A stretch of 64,000 bases of DNA from an uncultured Thermotogae bacterium (GTDB lineage: Bacteria; Bipolaricaulota; Bipolaricaulia; UBA7950; UBA9294). The stretch spans positions 25,299-89,298 of the forward strand of contig CAYXLR010000007.1 in the NCBI GenBank assembly GCA_964466035.1, written 5' to 3'. The position numbers were made by a program, and so were the translations under genes. The notes under the pieces are model-generated. The model searched no databases. It saw nothing but the letters and a program-made list of their open reading frames with translations, and was not told where the DNA came from. Shown here one piece after another: positions 8,098-16,689 of this stretch (position 1 is the first letter of the stretch; each line of letters opens with the position of its first letter).

Positions 8098-11070
8098 ATG
8101 CGGGTTTCGGTAGCGGATTGTGCAGGATGTTGCACGTCCTGGAAGTGCAGGCGTCTGGGCAATGCCTTTGGGTCCTTCCTCCTTGGTGCTTTCCTCTTTC
8201 TTGTCGTGGCTCCACCATCTCTGGCAACGTCGACAGGCTCATGGGTAGAGGTTAGCTTCAATGGGGAAGTAGTTGAAGTTCACACCGGCGCGCCCATCGG
8301 GTGGTTCTGCAAGATTAGAGTAGATCAAGTCATTCATGGGACTATTGATTGCAGCTATGTAGAGATCTGGCCAGTACATTGGGTATCCGCTGAAGGCCAA
8401 TTGTATGAGCCACCTACGGAAGGCGATAGGGTGGAGTTCTTCGGAGAAGTTGGCAAGGCCCCCGAGGTCGTTCGCTGTGCGCTTCGCCTCTCGGAGCCCA
8501 GCCACTACCTTAAGAAGACGGCGGGTGGAACGCCGCAGGCTTCATGCATCGACACTGTCATCACGGGAAAGGTCATCAGTGACGTCGCTTACTCGCCCCA
8601 CAGACGCTTCAGTCTTCGCATCAATGATGTCATCAAGAACGACAGCAATGCACCAAGCATTGCTACTGGGAATAGCATCCTTGTCGTTTTTTCCTCGGCG
8701 TTAGATCACGTCGTCGGACCGCTGCGAGTCGGAGACTGTGTGAGGATAGGTGGCACTTGGGGGAAAGGCGCCGCCCAGGAAGTACCTGGCTTGCGTTGCG
8801 ATCCCGCCACTTGTCGCGATCACTCTTTGGAGGAAGTCGCCTGCTCTTCGATAGCGGAAATCAGATTCCTAGGAACAGTAACGGAGCCGGACAATCAGAT
8901 GCTTGATGATGCTTTTGATTGCAAGGTGAGAATCAAGGAGGTGCTCGAGAAGCCATCCGAAATCGTAGTCAACCAGGGAGACGAGGTGCTCGTCCATATG
9001 TGGATCTGGTGTGGCCTGTGGCAAGGCGGGCTGACTGATCAGCCTGGCGGAAGTATCATTCCCGAAGGCTGGAATCCTGTACAAGGGGACAGCGTCGAAG
9101 TGTATGGGCGTCTCTCCGAAGAGTACACCAGCATCCCTGGGCATTCGCCAAGTTCGCGTTCAGTCGATCTATGTGGTTCAGACGGCTACTACATCATGCA
9201 GCTCTCTGGTGAGGGAGATCGAGACGGCGACGGCCTTCCCGATTGGAAAGAGGAAATAGCCGGAACGGACCCAGACGACCCAGACAGCGATGATGATGGG
9301 CTTTCAGATGGCCAGGAGCTGAACGGGTGGTCCGTGGGAGATCTGCCGGTTTATGACGCCTCATCCAATGGGAACCTCCCTCTAACTGCCTTAGTTGGAT
9401 ACTTGAATGTAGATGGCACATGGGGAGGAGGGTGGGATCTATATCCCGAAGACTTCGACGGAGACGGCGATCACGATCTTCAATTCCCACTTTTTCCACC
9501 ACCCTACCTTGAGCGAGATATCAATGGCGATGGTGTCTGCGATCTGGAGGATGAGGCCGCCATCTGCTACCTGACTCCGACAATCGTGAAGACAGATCCA
9601 AATAACGAAGACACAGACGGCGATCTGAGGATAGATGCTAATGATCCGTTTCCCACGACGTATGTTTCGAAGTGGGAGATCTGCGTTGAAGGGATCAAGA
9701 ACCTTTATGGAGTCCAGCGATACAATGGGCCGGCGCGCTCCGTGCAGACTTGCCTGCAAGCGTGGTATACCTACGGATACGCGATGGATCCACTGCAAGC
9801 CTACGAGGTTAGCGATCCCAAGCAGGTGAACCTTCGTTACGACTACGATGGAGATGGGATCTCGTTGGTCGCGGAGACCTTGTTCGAGACTCTTCCTGGT
9901 CTGGAGCGTCAACCGGGAGGAGAATTCTTCGATGTCAACCCAGTGGAACAAGCGCTGGACACCGACAAAGATGGGATCGATGATCTCAGCGAGATTCTCC
10001 TTCAGTTGAATCCGAATACGTATATCTATCAGCATAAGAAACTGGCGTTTGTTGAGATTGCGCCGATTGACTCGAAACTGGGTGTGGCGGGAACGGTATA
10101 CGTTGACATCGACGACGCTCTCGGATCATCCCTTGATGGTAAAGCCGACCCTTCATGGGTCACACTCTGGATTGGCACCAGCGTAAGCCTCGGGAAATCG
10201 ATTCTGCCATTCATTGATGGGGGATTCACCTATGTGCCGGTCTCAGTCTCAACTGAGGACGATAATTCTTTGCCCTCTGGATGGAATCTACAGCTGGCCG
10301 TATTCGACACGAGCGGTAGCTTTCACTTCAACCCAGCTTTTGCAGTCTCATACGATGTCCAGGTTGCGAAGTTCGATGTTCGTAGGGATGTTTTCGATGC
10401 CCTAGGATTAGATGCGCTAAGGGGAAGGATTACCCCGTTCTTCCCGTTCTTGCACGAGTCCGAGTTCCGAAACTGGCTGATGGATGCCTTAGAAGGCATC
10501 GCTCAAGGGGAGTATCCGGAAGGTGTTCGTCCCGCGGAATTCACTGGTACAGAGAGCGGCTTCGTCGTTACGGCAGTATGTCCTGTGGACATAGCGGTGA
10601 CGGATCCCGAAGGACGCCACATCACTAGGTCGGAGAGCACGATCCCGGGAGCCACATACGTGGAGGCCGATCTTGATGGTGATGACGATCCAGATGACCG
10701 AATTACGATCCCTTATCGCGTTGTAGGAGACTATCAGATACGCGTCTTCCCCGAACCGAGGGCAATGCGTGCGGACTCTTATACACTGAGCGTCTGGGCA
10801 GGTGGAGAGACAACGATTTTGGATGACGACGTTTTGGTACAAGACGTGCCTGAGTCCCCGTACATCGTGAATCTGTCCGAAGACGGGCTCATCCACACCG
10901 AAGAACCCGTTAGCACCACCGACAGCGGAAGGAGCCTGGGGGCAGGAGCGATCGCCGTGCTCGTTGTGGGGAGTCTAGGATTCGTCGCTGGTTGTGTTTG
11001 GGGTTTCCGGTACTTTCGTTCACGTACTGGATCTGGAGGAAAGAGCTCAGGAACCATCTGGCTCAAATGA
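8098..11070 (+). CDS. Large membrane-anchored surface protein with thrombospondin-type-3/dockerin-like Ca-binding Asp repeats
   Basis: 990 aa; N-terminal signal-like segment (FLLGAFLFLVVAPPSLA); DRDGDGLPDWKEEIAGTDPDDPDSDDDGLSDGQE, DFDGDGDHD, DINGDGVCDLEDE, DTDKDGIDDLSE repeats; C-terminal TM helix AIAVLVVGSLGFVAGCVWGF + basic tail. Confidence 0.7.
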   Translation: MRVSVADCAGCCTSWKCRRLGNAFGSFLLGAFLFLVVAPPSLATSTGSWVEVSFNGEVVEVHTGAPIGWFCKIRVDQVIHGTIDCSYVEIWPVHWVSAEGQLYEPPTEGDRVEFFGEVGKAPEVVRCALRLSEPSHYLKKTAGGTPQASCIDTVITGKVISDVAYSPHRRFSLRINDVIKNDSNAPSIATGNSILVVFSSALDHVVGPLRVGDCVRIGGTWGKGAAQEVPGLRCDPATCRDHSLEEVACSSIAEIRFLGTVTEPDNQMLDDAFDCKVRIKEVLEKPSEIVVNQGDEVLVHMWIWCGLWQGGLTDQPGGSIIPEGWNPVQGDSVEVYGRLSEEYTSIPGHSPSSRSVDLCGSDGYYIMQLSGEGDRDGDGLPDWKEEIAGTDPDDPDSDDDGLSDGQELNGWSVGDLPVYDASSNGNLPLTALVGYLNVDGTWGGGWDLYPEDFDGDGDHDLQFPLFPPPYLERDINGDGVCDLEDEAAICYLTPTIVKTDPNNEDTDGDLRIDANDPFPTTYVSKWEICVEGIKNLYGVQRYNGPARSVQTCLQAWYTYGYAMDPLQAYEVSDPKQVNLRYDYDGDGISLVAETLFETLPGLERQPGGEFFDVNPVEQALDTDKDGIDDLSEILLQLNPNTYIYQHKKLAFVEIAPIDSKLGVAGTVYVDIDDALGSSLDGKADPSWVTLWIGTSVSLGKSILPFIDGGFTYVPVSVSTEDDNSLPSGWNLQLAVFDTSGSFHFNPAFAVSYDVQVAKFDVRRDVFDALGLDALRGRITPFFPFLHESEFRNWLMDALEGIAQGEYPEGVRPAEFTGTESGFVVTAVCPVDIAVTDPEGRHITRSESTIPGATYVEADLDGDDDPDDRITIPYRVVGDYQIRVFPEPRAMRADSYTLSVWAGGETTILDDDVLVQDVPESPYIVNLSEDGLIHTEEPVSTTDSGRSLGAGAIAVLVVGSLGFVAGCVWGFRYFRSRTGSGGKSSGTIWLK

Positions 11071-11130
11071 GGGACTTCCGCCTCTCTGCGTACATGATCG
11101 AGCTGTAGCATCTGTTGAGGGTTTGTGTAA

Positions 11131-11571
11131 TTGGGCCCGGGTTCTCCAATCGTTCACCCAGGCTCTACCACGGCAAGCGCTGATGTCGAAGTCTCCTTGA
11201 GACGTCCGGTTGTGGTCTTTCCCGCGAAGGTTCCCTACGCTTGTTTCATCGTGTCCGAGGACGGTGGGTTCGAACGAGAGGCCGGGCCGTTCGTCAAGCT
11301 GTGGGCCGGGGTCTGCTCCGTGACCGGCTGGCGTTGCCGCTGTCCGCGCTGCGGCGGCAAGATGAAGCGGGCGTCCGCCCCCGACGAATCGTACAGACGT
11401 TCGAAACGGGCCGGCCCTCCTGCGGGGTCGGTGAGGATGGCCGGGCAATTGAGCACGCTTCGGAGTTCGGGAAGCGCCTATCGACAGGTCGAGATTACCC
11501 CGACCTACGATGTCTGCGCGGAGTGTGGCCATCGGTTCCGACGTCGAAACATCAAGTCGACCGTCGGCTAG
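11131..11571 (+). CDS. Hypothetical zinc-ribbon protein (true start unknown, TTG at 11131 is only the first possible)
   Basis: Two CxxC pairs ~60 aa apart (CPRCGG ... CAECGH); high-GC third positions; no recognisable family. Confidence 0.3.
   Translation: MGPGSPIVHPGSTTASADVEVSLRRPVVVFPAKVPYACFIVSEDGGFEREAGPFVKLWAGVCSVTGWRCRCPRCGGKMKRASAPDESYRRSKRAGPPAGSVRMAGQLSTLRSSGSAYRQVEITPTYDVCAECGHRFRRRNIKSTVG
11140..11165 (+). repeat. Island repeat copy C (GGTTCTCCAATCGTTCACCCAGGCTC)
   Basis: Identical 26-mer to 7758..7783; 70 nt after stop of 8098..11070; GC content rises shortly downstream. Confidence 0.85.
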
Positions 11572-11617
11572 GAAGCGATTCCCCAGGAGCTTGATAATTG
11601 CAGCGGTGTGACGGATC

Positions 11618-11643
11618 ATGGTGAATGAACGTTCATTCACCAT
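11618..11643. promoter_or_regulatory. Perfect 26-bp palindrome, candidate TetR operator overlapping the tetR start codon
   Basis: ATGGTGAATGAAC|GTTCATTCACCAT; explains why + and - strand ORFs both begin MVNERSFTM. Confidence 0.6.
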
Positions 11644-12259
11644 GACGAACCACGAGCCTCAAGAGACCCAGAACACCCGAGAGCGGATCCGCGAAGCGGC
11701 GGTCCGCGTCTTCTCCCGCGACGGCTTCGATCGATCGGCTGTGAAGTCGATCGCCGAGGAGGCCGGCGTCGCCGTCGGGTCGATCTACAACCACTTCCGC
11801 GACAAGGACGACCTGCTGATCTCGATCTTCGAGGACGAGTTCGACACCCGGATCTCATTCCTCGAGGAGATGAAGAGGGCGCAACTCCCGGTTCGCGATC
11901 AGGTGGAGCGTCTCCTCGCCGATCACTTCGCGAGGATCCGCGAGCACAAGGAGCTCGCCGAGCTCATGCTGTACGAGCGCTTCCACCGCGGCGGTCGCCT
12001 GCGCGAGCGGATCGTCCCGCTGCAGCGGAGAACCGTCGATCGGATCGCCGAGATCCTCCGCGCCGGGATCGCCGAGGGGTGGATCCGCCCCTGCCATCCG
12101 CAGGTCGTCGCCCAGGCGCTGCTCGATCTGGTGCAGACGATGACCGCCTGCCGGGTCCTCTCGGATCCGGACGAGGCCGACGAGATCTTCGGGGCGGCCC
12201 CGAAGGAGCTCGCCGACCTGATGTGGAAGGGACTCCGCCGAAGTGAAGACGACGAATAG
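11642..12259 (+). CDS. TetR/AcrR-family transcriptional regulator (start taken at ATG 11642; ATG 11618 inside palindrome is alternative)
   Basis: N-terminal HTH RERIREAAVRVFSRDGFDRSAVKSIAEEAGVAVGSIYNHFRDKDDL typical of TetR_N. Confidence 0.9.
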   Translation: MTNHEPQETQNTRERIREAAVRVFSRDGFDRSAVKSIAEEAGVAVGSIYNHFRDKDDLLISIFEDEFDTRISFLEEMKRAQLPVRDQVERLLADHFARIREHKELAELMLYERFHRGGRLRERIVPLQRRTVDRIAEILRAGIAEGWIRPCHPQVVAQALLDLVQTMTACRVLSDPDEADEIFGAAPKELADLMWKGLRRSEDDE

Positions 12260-14558
12260 CCGACGATCCGTCTTCGACGCGATCCTCGCTCCGGTCTATC
12301 GCTGGGCGCTCGCGCATCCGATCCTCGTCCTGCTGTTCGCGGCCGCGATCACCGCGGTGTTGGCGGGGTACATCGCGCGGCTCGAGATCGACGTGGACTT
12401 CACCAACTACCTGAACCGCCGGGACCCGGCGGTGGTCGCGGCGGAGGAGGCGTCCGACCGGTACGGCTCCCAGCTTCGGTCGATGGTGCTCATCGAGGCG
12501 CCGGACGGGATCTTCCGGCCAGAGGTGCTGGCCCGGATCGACGCGCTCGAGGGCGAGCTCGAGGAGCTTCCGTTGGTGGCCGAGGTCACCGGACCGTTCA
12601 ACGCGAAGGTGATCCGCGGGACGGAGACCGCCGTGACGATCTCGTCGGTCGGGCCGGGCGGCGCGGCGCCGACGACGCCCGACGAGATCGAGGTGTACCG
12701 TCAGCGGGTCCTCGGGGACCGCACGCTGCGCGACTACGTGGTCTCATCGACCGGAACGGCCGCGGCGATCTACGTCCTGCCGGTCGACAACGACGAGATG
12801 GTGTCGTTCGCCGAGACGATCGAGGAGGTCGCGCTGAAGTACGCGTCGGACGATCTTGAGATCTCGATCGCCGGGTTGGCGTACATGAACCTGACACTCA
12901 GCCGGTCGATGCGCCGGGACCTCGGGCTGTTCATTCCGCTGGTCGTCGTGGCGATCGTCGCGGTGCTCTACGCCGCGTTTCGCTGGCATTGGGGGGTCCT
13001 GATCCCGTTCGCCGTGGTCGGTCTGTCGGTCGTTTGGACGGTCGGGCTGATGGCGATCGCCTCGGTCCCGCTCACCGTGCTTTCGTTCATCCTCCCGGTG
13101 GTGCTGATGGCGATCGGGATCGCCGACGGGATCCACGTACTCAGCCGGTACCGGGAGGAGATCCGAAACGGCAACCAGAAGGAAGAAGCGATTCTGCGGA
13201 CGATGCGGGCGATGCAGCGGCCGGTCGTGATGACGTCGCTGACCACGGCGGCCGGGTTCCTCGCACTGCTCAACGCGTACATGGTCCCCCAGCGGATGTT
13301 CGGGCTGTTCACGACGGCCGGGATCCTGTTCGCGATGGTCCTCTCGCTGGTCCTGATCCCGGCGATCCTCCGGCTCGTCAAGGTGCCCACGATACGCGCG
13401 GCAAAGGCGCCGAAGCACCATCCGGTGGCGTCGTCGCTGGGGGCGATGGTGCGGTTCGTCGTTCGATACCGCTGGTTCGTGCTCGCCGGATGCGTGGCAG
13501 CGGGCGCGGTGCTCGGCAGCGGGATCTCGATGGTTGACATCGAGACGTCCCAGCGGGCCTACGTGGGCGAGGGTCACCCGGCGGTCGCGTCGCTCGATCG
13601 GATGGACGAGCTGTTCTCCGGAGCCGACCAGATCCTGATCGAGATCGACACCGGGGTCCCCGGCAGGCTCAAGAACCCGGAGGTGCTCGACGAGATGGTC
13701 GCCCTGGAGGCGTTCCTGACTGAACACGGGGTGAACAAGACGATCTCGCTCGCCGGGATCGTCCGAGAGATGAACCAGCGGTTTCACGCCGACGACCCGG
13801 CGTACTACGCCGTCCCCGACGATCGGTCGCTGGTGGCCCAGCTGCTCCTCCTGTTCACGTTCCAAGGGGGATCGCTCGACGCGATGGCGTTGGGCGACTA
13901 CTCGGCGGGGGAGGTCATCGGCTTTCACTCGCTGAAGACTGGGGAGGAGCAGGTCGACCTGGTTCGCGATGTCACCGCGTACCTCGACGAGCATTTCGAG
14001 GGCGCCGAGCTCGTCGGCTCGACGCGGATCCAGTCGAGCATGCTCAGCTCGATCGCTCGCAGCCAGATCACCAGCCTGTTCACGTCGATCGGCGCCGCCG
14101 GGATCATCGTCGTTTTGCTGATGTCGTCCGTCGTCGCGGGGCTGATCAGCCTGCTTCCGCTGCTGTTCACGGTGGTGGTCACGTTCGGGGTGATGGCGTA
14201 CGCGGGGATGCCGCTCGACATCGCGACGCTGATGATCTCGTCGATCACGATCGGGATCGGGATCGACTACGGGATCCACTACATCGAGCGGGCCCGAGAA
14301 GAGATGGCGATCGCGGACGACCGCGCGTCGGCGCTGATCCGGGCGGCGCGGACCGCCGGGCGCGGGATCTTCTACAACGCGCTGTCCCTCGCGCTGGGGT
14401 TCGTCATTCTGCTGCTCTCGACGTTCCAGGCGATGCGGCACTTCGGTCTGCTGACGACGATGACGATGCTGATCTCCGCCGGCGCGGCGTTGGTCGTGAT
14501 CCCGGCGATCCTGAGCGCGTTCCGCGTGAGGTTCCGGGCGCGATCCGGCGGTCCGTGA
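12243..14558 (+). CDS. MMPL/RND-superfamily exporter
   Basis: 771 aa; two 6-TM bundles separated by large soluble loops, duplicated architecture typical of MMPL domain transporters; overlaps tetR stop by 17 nt. Confidence 0.85.
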   Translation: MKTTNSRRSVFDAILAPVYRWALAHPILVLLFAAAITAVLAGYIARLEIDVDFTNYLNRRDPAVVAAEEASDRYGSQLRSMVLIEAPDGIFRPEVLARIDALEGELEELPLVAEVTGPFNAKVIRGTETAVTISSVGPGGAAPTTPDEIEVYRQRVLGDRTLRDYVVSSTGTAAAIYVLPVDNDEMVSFAETIEEVALKYASDDLEISIAGLAYMNLTLSRSMRRDLGLFIPLVVVAIVAVLYAAFRWHWGVLIPFAVVGLSVVWTVGLMAIASVPLTVLSFILPVVLMAIGIADGIHVLSRYREEIRNGNQKEEAILRTMRAMQRPVVMTSLTTAAGFLALLNAYMVPQRMFGLFTTAGILFAMVLSLVLIPAILRLVKVPTIRAAKAPKHHPVASSLGAMVRFVVRYRWFVLAGCVAAGAVLGSGISMVDIETSQRAYVGEGHPAVASLDRMDELFSGADQILIEIDTGVPGRLKNPEVLDEMVALEAFLTEHGVNKTISLAGIVREMNQRFHADDPAYYAVPDDRSLVAQLLLLFTFQGGSLDAMALGDYSAGEVIGFHSLKTGEEQVDLVRDVTAYLDEHFEGAELVGSTRIQSSMLSSIARSQITSLFTSIGAAGIIVVLLMSSVVAGLISLLPLLFTVVVTFGVMAYAGMPLDIATLMISSITIGIGIDYGIHYIERAREEMAIADDRASALIRAARTAGRGIFYNALSLALGFVILLLSTFQAMRHFGLLTTMTMLISAGAALVVIPAILSAFRVRFRARSGGP

Positions 14559-14661
14559 GCGAAGGGGGGCCAAGCGAAACGCCGCCGCGCACGCGGCGGT
14601 TACTCCAACCTACGTTATTCGGAGGGTGGATGTCAAGGGCGATCTGCCGGTCCGCCGCGGT

Positions 14662-14690
14662 TTGTCGAAAACCCCGTTTGGTCCTACAAT
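14662..14690 (+). promoter_or_regulatory. Candidate sigma70 promoter for frr-atp transcription unit
   Basis: TTGTCG - 17 nt - TACAAT, 18 nt upstream of frr ATG. Confidence 0.45.
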
Positions 14691-14708
14691 TTCGTTCGAG
14701 GTGTTGTC

Positions 14709-15266
14709 ATGCCAGAACAGGTTCGCCGTGAGATGATCGAGCACATGAAGCAGAGCCTCGACGTGCTGAAGTCGAACTTGGCGAAGGTGCAGACGGGGCG
14801 CGCCAGCCCGGCGATGATCGAGGACGTCGTCGTCGACTACTACGGGACGTCGACCCCCCTGAAGCAGCTGGCGACGATCGCGGCGCCGGACCCGAACCTC
14901 CTCGTCGTCCAGCCGTACGACAAGAGCCAGATGGACGAGTTCGTCAAGGCGATCCTCGGCGCCGATCTCGGCCTGAACCCGGAGAGCGACGGGACCGTCA
15001 TTCGGGTTCGGGTCCCCAAGCTGTCCGAGGAGCGTCGGAACGAGCTGACCAAGCTCATCAAGGCGCGGGGGGAGGAGACGAAGGTCGCGCTGCGGAACAT
15101 CCGGCGCGACGCCAACGACAAGCTCGACCAGATGAAGAAGGACTCGGAGATTTCGGAGGACGAGCATCATCGGTATCGAGAGAAGAGCGACGACGCGATC
15201 CACGAGTACTCCGACAAGGTGGATGAACTGACCGAGGAAAAGGGACGGCAGATCCAGACCATCTAG
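14709..15266 (+). CDS. frr: Ribosome recycling factor
   Basis: 185 aa; LAKVQTGRASPAMIEDVVVDYYGTSTPLKQLA and VRVPKLSEERRNELTK are canonical RRF sequences. Confidence 0.95.
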   Translation: MPEQVRREMIEHMKQSLDVLKSNLAKVQTGRASPAMIEDVVVDYYGTSTPLKQLATIAAPDPNLLVVQPYDKSQMDEFVKAILGADLGLNPESDGTVIRVRVPKLSEERRNELTKLIKARGEETKVALRNIRRDANDKLDQMKKDSEISEDEHHRYREKSDDAIHEYSDKVDELTEEKGRQIQTI

Positions 15267-15282
15267 GTCCGGATCCGATTCG

Positions 15283-15666
15283 ATGACTCCTCCATCGCTG
15301 AGACGGGAGATTCGAGCCTTTCGGCTGGGAAGAAGCGGCCTGATCGCAGCGGGTCTGGCGCTTGCTCTGGCGCTTCTGGGGTACCCCGGGGCGGCGTGCG
15401 GGGTATGGATCGGCGTCGCGCTGTTCATCGGGAATCTCGTGCTCCTTCATGAGGTCGCCCGCTCCCTGCTCGGCGCGCGTAGCCGCCGGACCGGCCGCTC
15501 GATGGCGTTCGGCTCGAGCCTCGGGCGGTTTCTCCTGCTCGGCGTGATGCTCGCGCTCGTCGGGGTCTACCTCGGTCGGGAGGTCCTCCTCGGCGCCTGT
15601 GGAGGGCTTCTGATCACTCAGGTAAACTTGAGCCTTCCTGCAAGAAGGTCCACGGAGGCGGTCTGA
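15283..15666 (+). CDS. Small hydrophobic protein, AtpI-like (ATP synthase protein I)
   Basis: 127 aa, several TM helices, located immediately upstream of atpB with stop adjacent to atpB ATG. Confidence 0.5.
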   Translation: MTPPSLRREIRAFRLGRSGLIAAGLALALALLGYPGAACGVWIGVALFIGNLVLLHEVARSLLGARSRRTGRSMAFGSSLGRFLLLGVMLALVGVYLGREVLLGACGGLLITQVNLSLPARRSTEAV

Positions 15667-15668
15667 CG

Positions 15669-16394
15669 ATGGGCGAAATCTTCGGGCAGCTCAGCGGGTT
15701 GCTCGAGCACCTGGGCGAGAAGCGCATCGGGGTTCTCTCGTTGTTCGGAACCGAGATCCGGTTCGACGTCACGGCGATCGTCATGTCGTGGGTCGTCATC
15801 GTTCTCCTCGTGCTTCTGGCGCTCTGGCTCCGGCGGGGCCTCCGCCAGCCGGTGGAGGAGAAGCCGAGCCGGGTCCAGGCGGCGCTCGACGGACTGATGG
15901 ATCTGCTCCGGACGCAGCTGTCCGGCAACTTCTCGTCGGAGCGGCTCGCGGTCATGATGTTTCCGTTCGTCTCGACGCTCTTCCTGTACGTGCTGCTGTC
16001 GAACTGGCTCGGCGTCGTCCCGTACATGATGTCGCCGACGCAAGACCTGAACGTGACGTTCGGATTGGCGCTTCTCGTCCTCGTTCTGTCGCACGTCTTG
16101 GCGATCCGGTTCAAGGGGGGGCGTCGGTATCTCAAGGGCTACCTCAAGCCATACGCGTTCATGCTGCCGATCAACCTCGTCGGGGAGATCGCCAAACCGC
16201 TGTCGCACGCGTTCCGTCTGTTCGGGAACATCCTCGCGGGGACGATCCTCGTGGCGGTCATCACGGCCAAATTCATGCCGATCATCGTTCCGTCGGCATT
16301 GAGCATCTTCTTTGGGCTGTTTTTCGGGGGGATTCAAGCGTTCGTGTTCGCGATCTTGGCGGTGGCCTACATCAACGTGGCGGTAGAGGACTAG
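15669..16394 (+). CDS. atpB: F0F1 ATP synthase subunit a
   Basis: 241 aa; conserved LSHAFRLFGNILAG with the essential Arg, polytopic. Confidence 0.95.
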   Translation: MGEIFGQLSGLLEHLGEKRIGVLSLFGTEIRFDVTAIVMSWVVIVLLVLLALWLRRGLRQPVEEKPSRVQAALDGLMDLLRTQLSGNFSSERLAVMMFPFVSTLFLYVLLSNWLGVVPYMMSPTQDLNVTFGLALLVLVLSHVLAIRFKGGRRYLKGYLKPYAFMLPINLVGEIAKPLSHAFRLFGNILAGTILVAVITAKFMPIIVPSALSIFFGLFFGGIQAFVFAILAVAYINVAVED

Positions 16395-16404
16395 AGGAGG
16401 GATC

Positions 16405-16680
16405 ATGCTGCAAGAAGCACAGACCGTGGCCAGCGGAATCACAGGTGCCGACATCGCCGAGGCGGCGAAGTACGTCGCGGCGGGGCTTTGCATGGGCATC
16501 GGCGCGATCGGGTCGGCGATCGGAGAAGGCATCGCCGCGGCGCACGCCCTCGACGGGATGGCGCGTCAGCCGGAGATGCAGGGCGCCTTGTTGCGGACGA
16601 TGGTCCTCGGGCAAGCGATCACGGAGACGACCGGGATCTACTCGCTGCTGATCGCGATCGTCCTGCTGTTCGTCATCTAG
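16405..16680 (+). CDS. atpE: F0F1 ATP synthase subunit c
   Basis: 91 aa hairpin proteolipid, ARQPE loop and carboxylate-bearing second helix (AITETTGIYSLLIA). Confidence 0.95.
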   Translation: MLQEAQTVASGITGADIAEAAKYVAAGLCMGIGAIGSAIGEGIAAAHALDGMARQPEMQGALLRTMVLGQAITETTGIYSLLIAIVLLFVI

Positions 16681-16689
16681 GGAGGAACC

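Larger units (their letters stand above)
5011..11165. mobile_element. Lower-GC genomic island abutting the 3' end of tRNA-Ala (no integrase seen)
   Basis: Composition drops visibly right after the tRNA CCA and recovers near 11.2 kb; three accessory ORFs all on + strand; conserved direct repeats at 5641, 7645, 7758, 11140. Confidence 0.55.

Noticed and set aside
5641-11165. Interpreting the island-1 repeats as integron attC sites (gene-cassette array)
   Set aside because: There is no intI gene in the window. The repeats do not fit the RYYYAAC...GTTRRRY inverse-core/core pattern and lack the imperfect long inverted repeat of attC. The cassette-like logic is retained only as an analogy.
11263-11285. 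GGTGGGTTCGAACGAGAGGCC resembling a tRNA T-arm, considered as the right-hand att copy of the tRNA-Ala island
   Set aside because: Only the GGTTCGAA octamer matches the tRNA-Ala 3' end (GGCGGTTCGAATCCGCTCGCCTCCACCA). There is no acceptor-stem match, so this is probably chance.
7758-11643. Similarity between the reverse complement of the 26-nt repeat (GGTGAACGATTGG) and the TetR operator half-site (GGTGAATGAACG)
   Set aside because: Only about 8 scattered positions are shared, and the repeat is not palindromic. This is insufficient to claim TetR binding.
11047-11643. 198-aa minus-strand ORF starting MVNERSFTM, mirror of the TetR N-terminus
   Set aside because: The shared N-terminus is a by-product of the perfect palindrome. 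The rest is low-complexity and overlaps the island boundary and the zinc-ribbon ORF.
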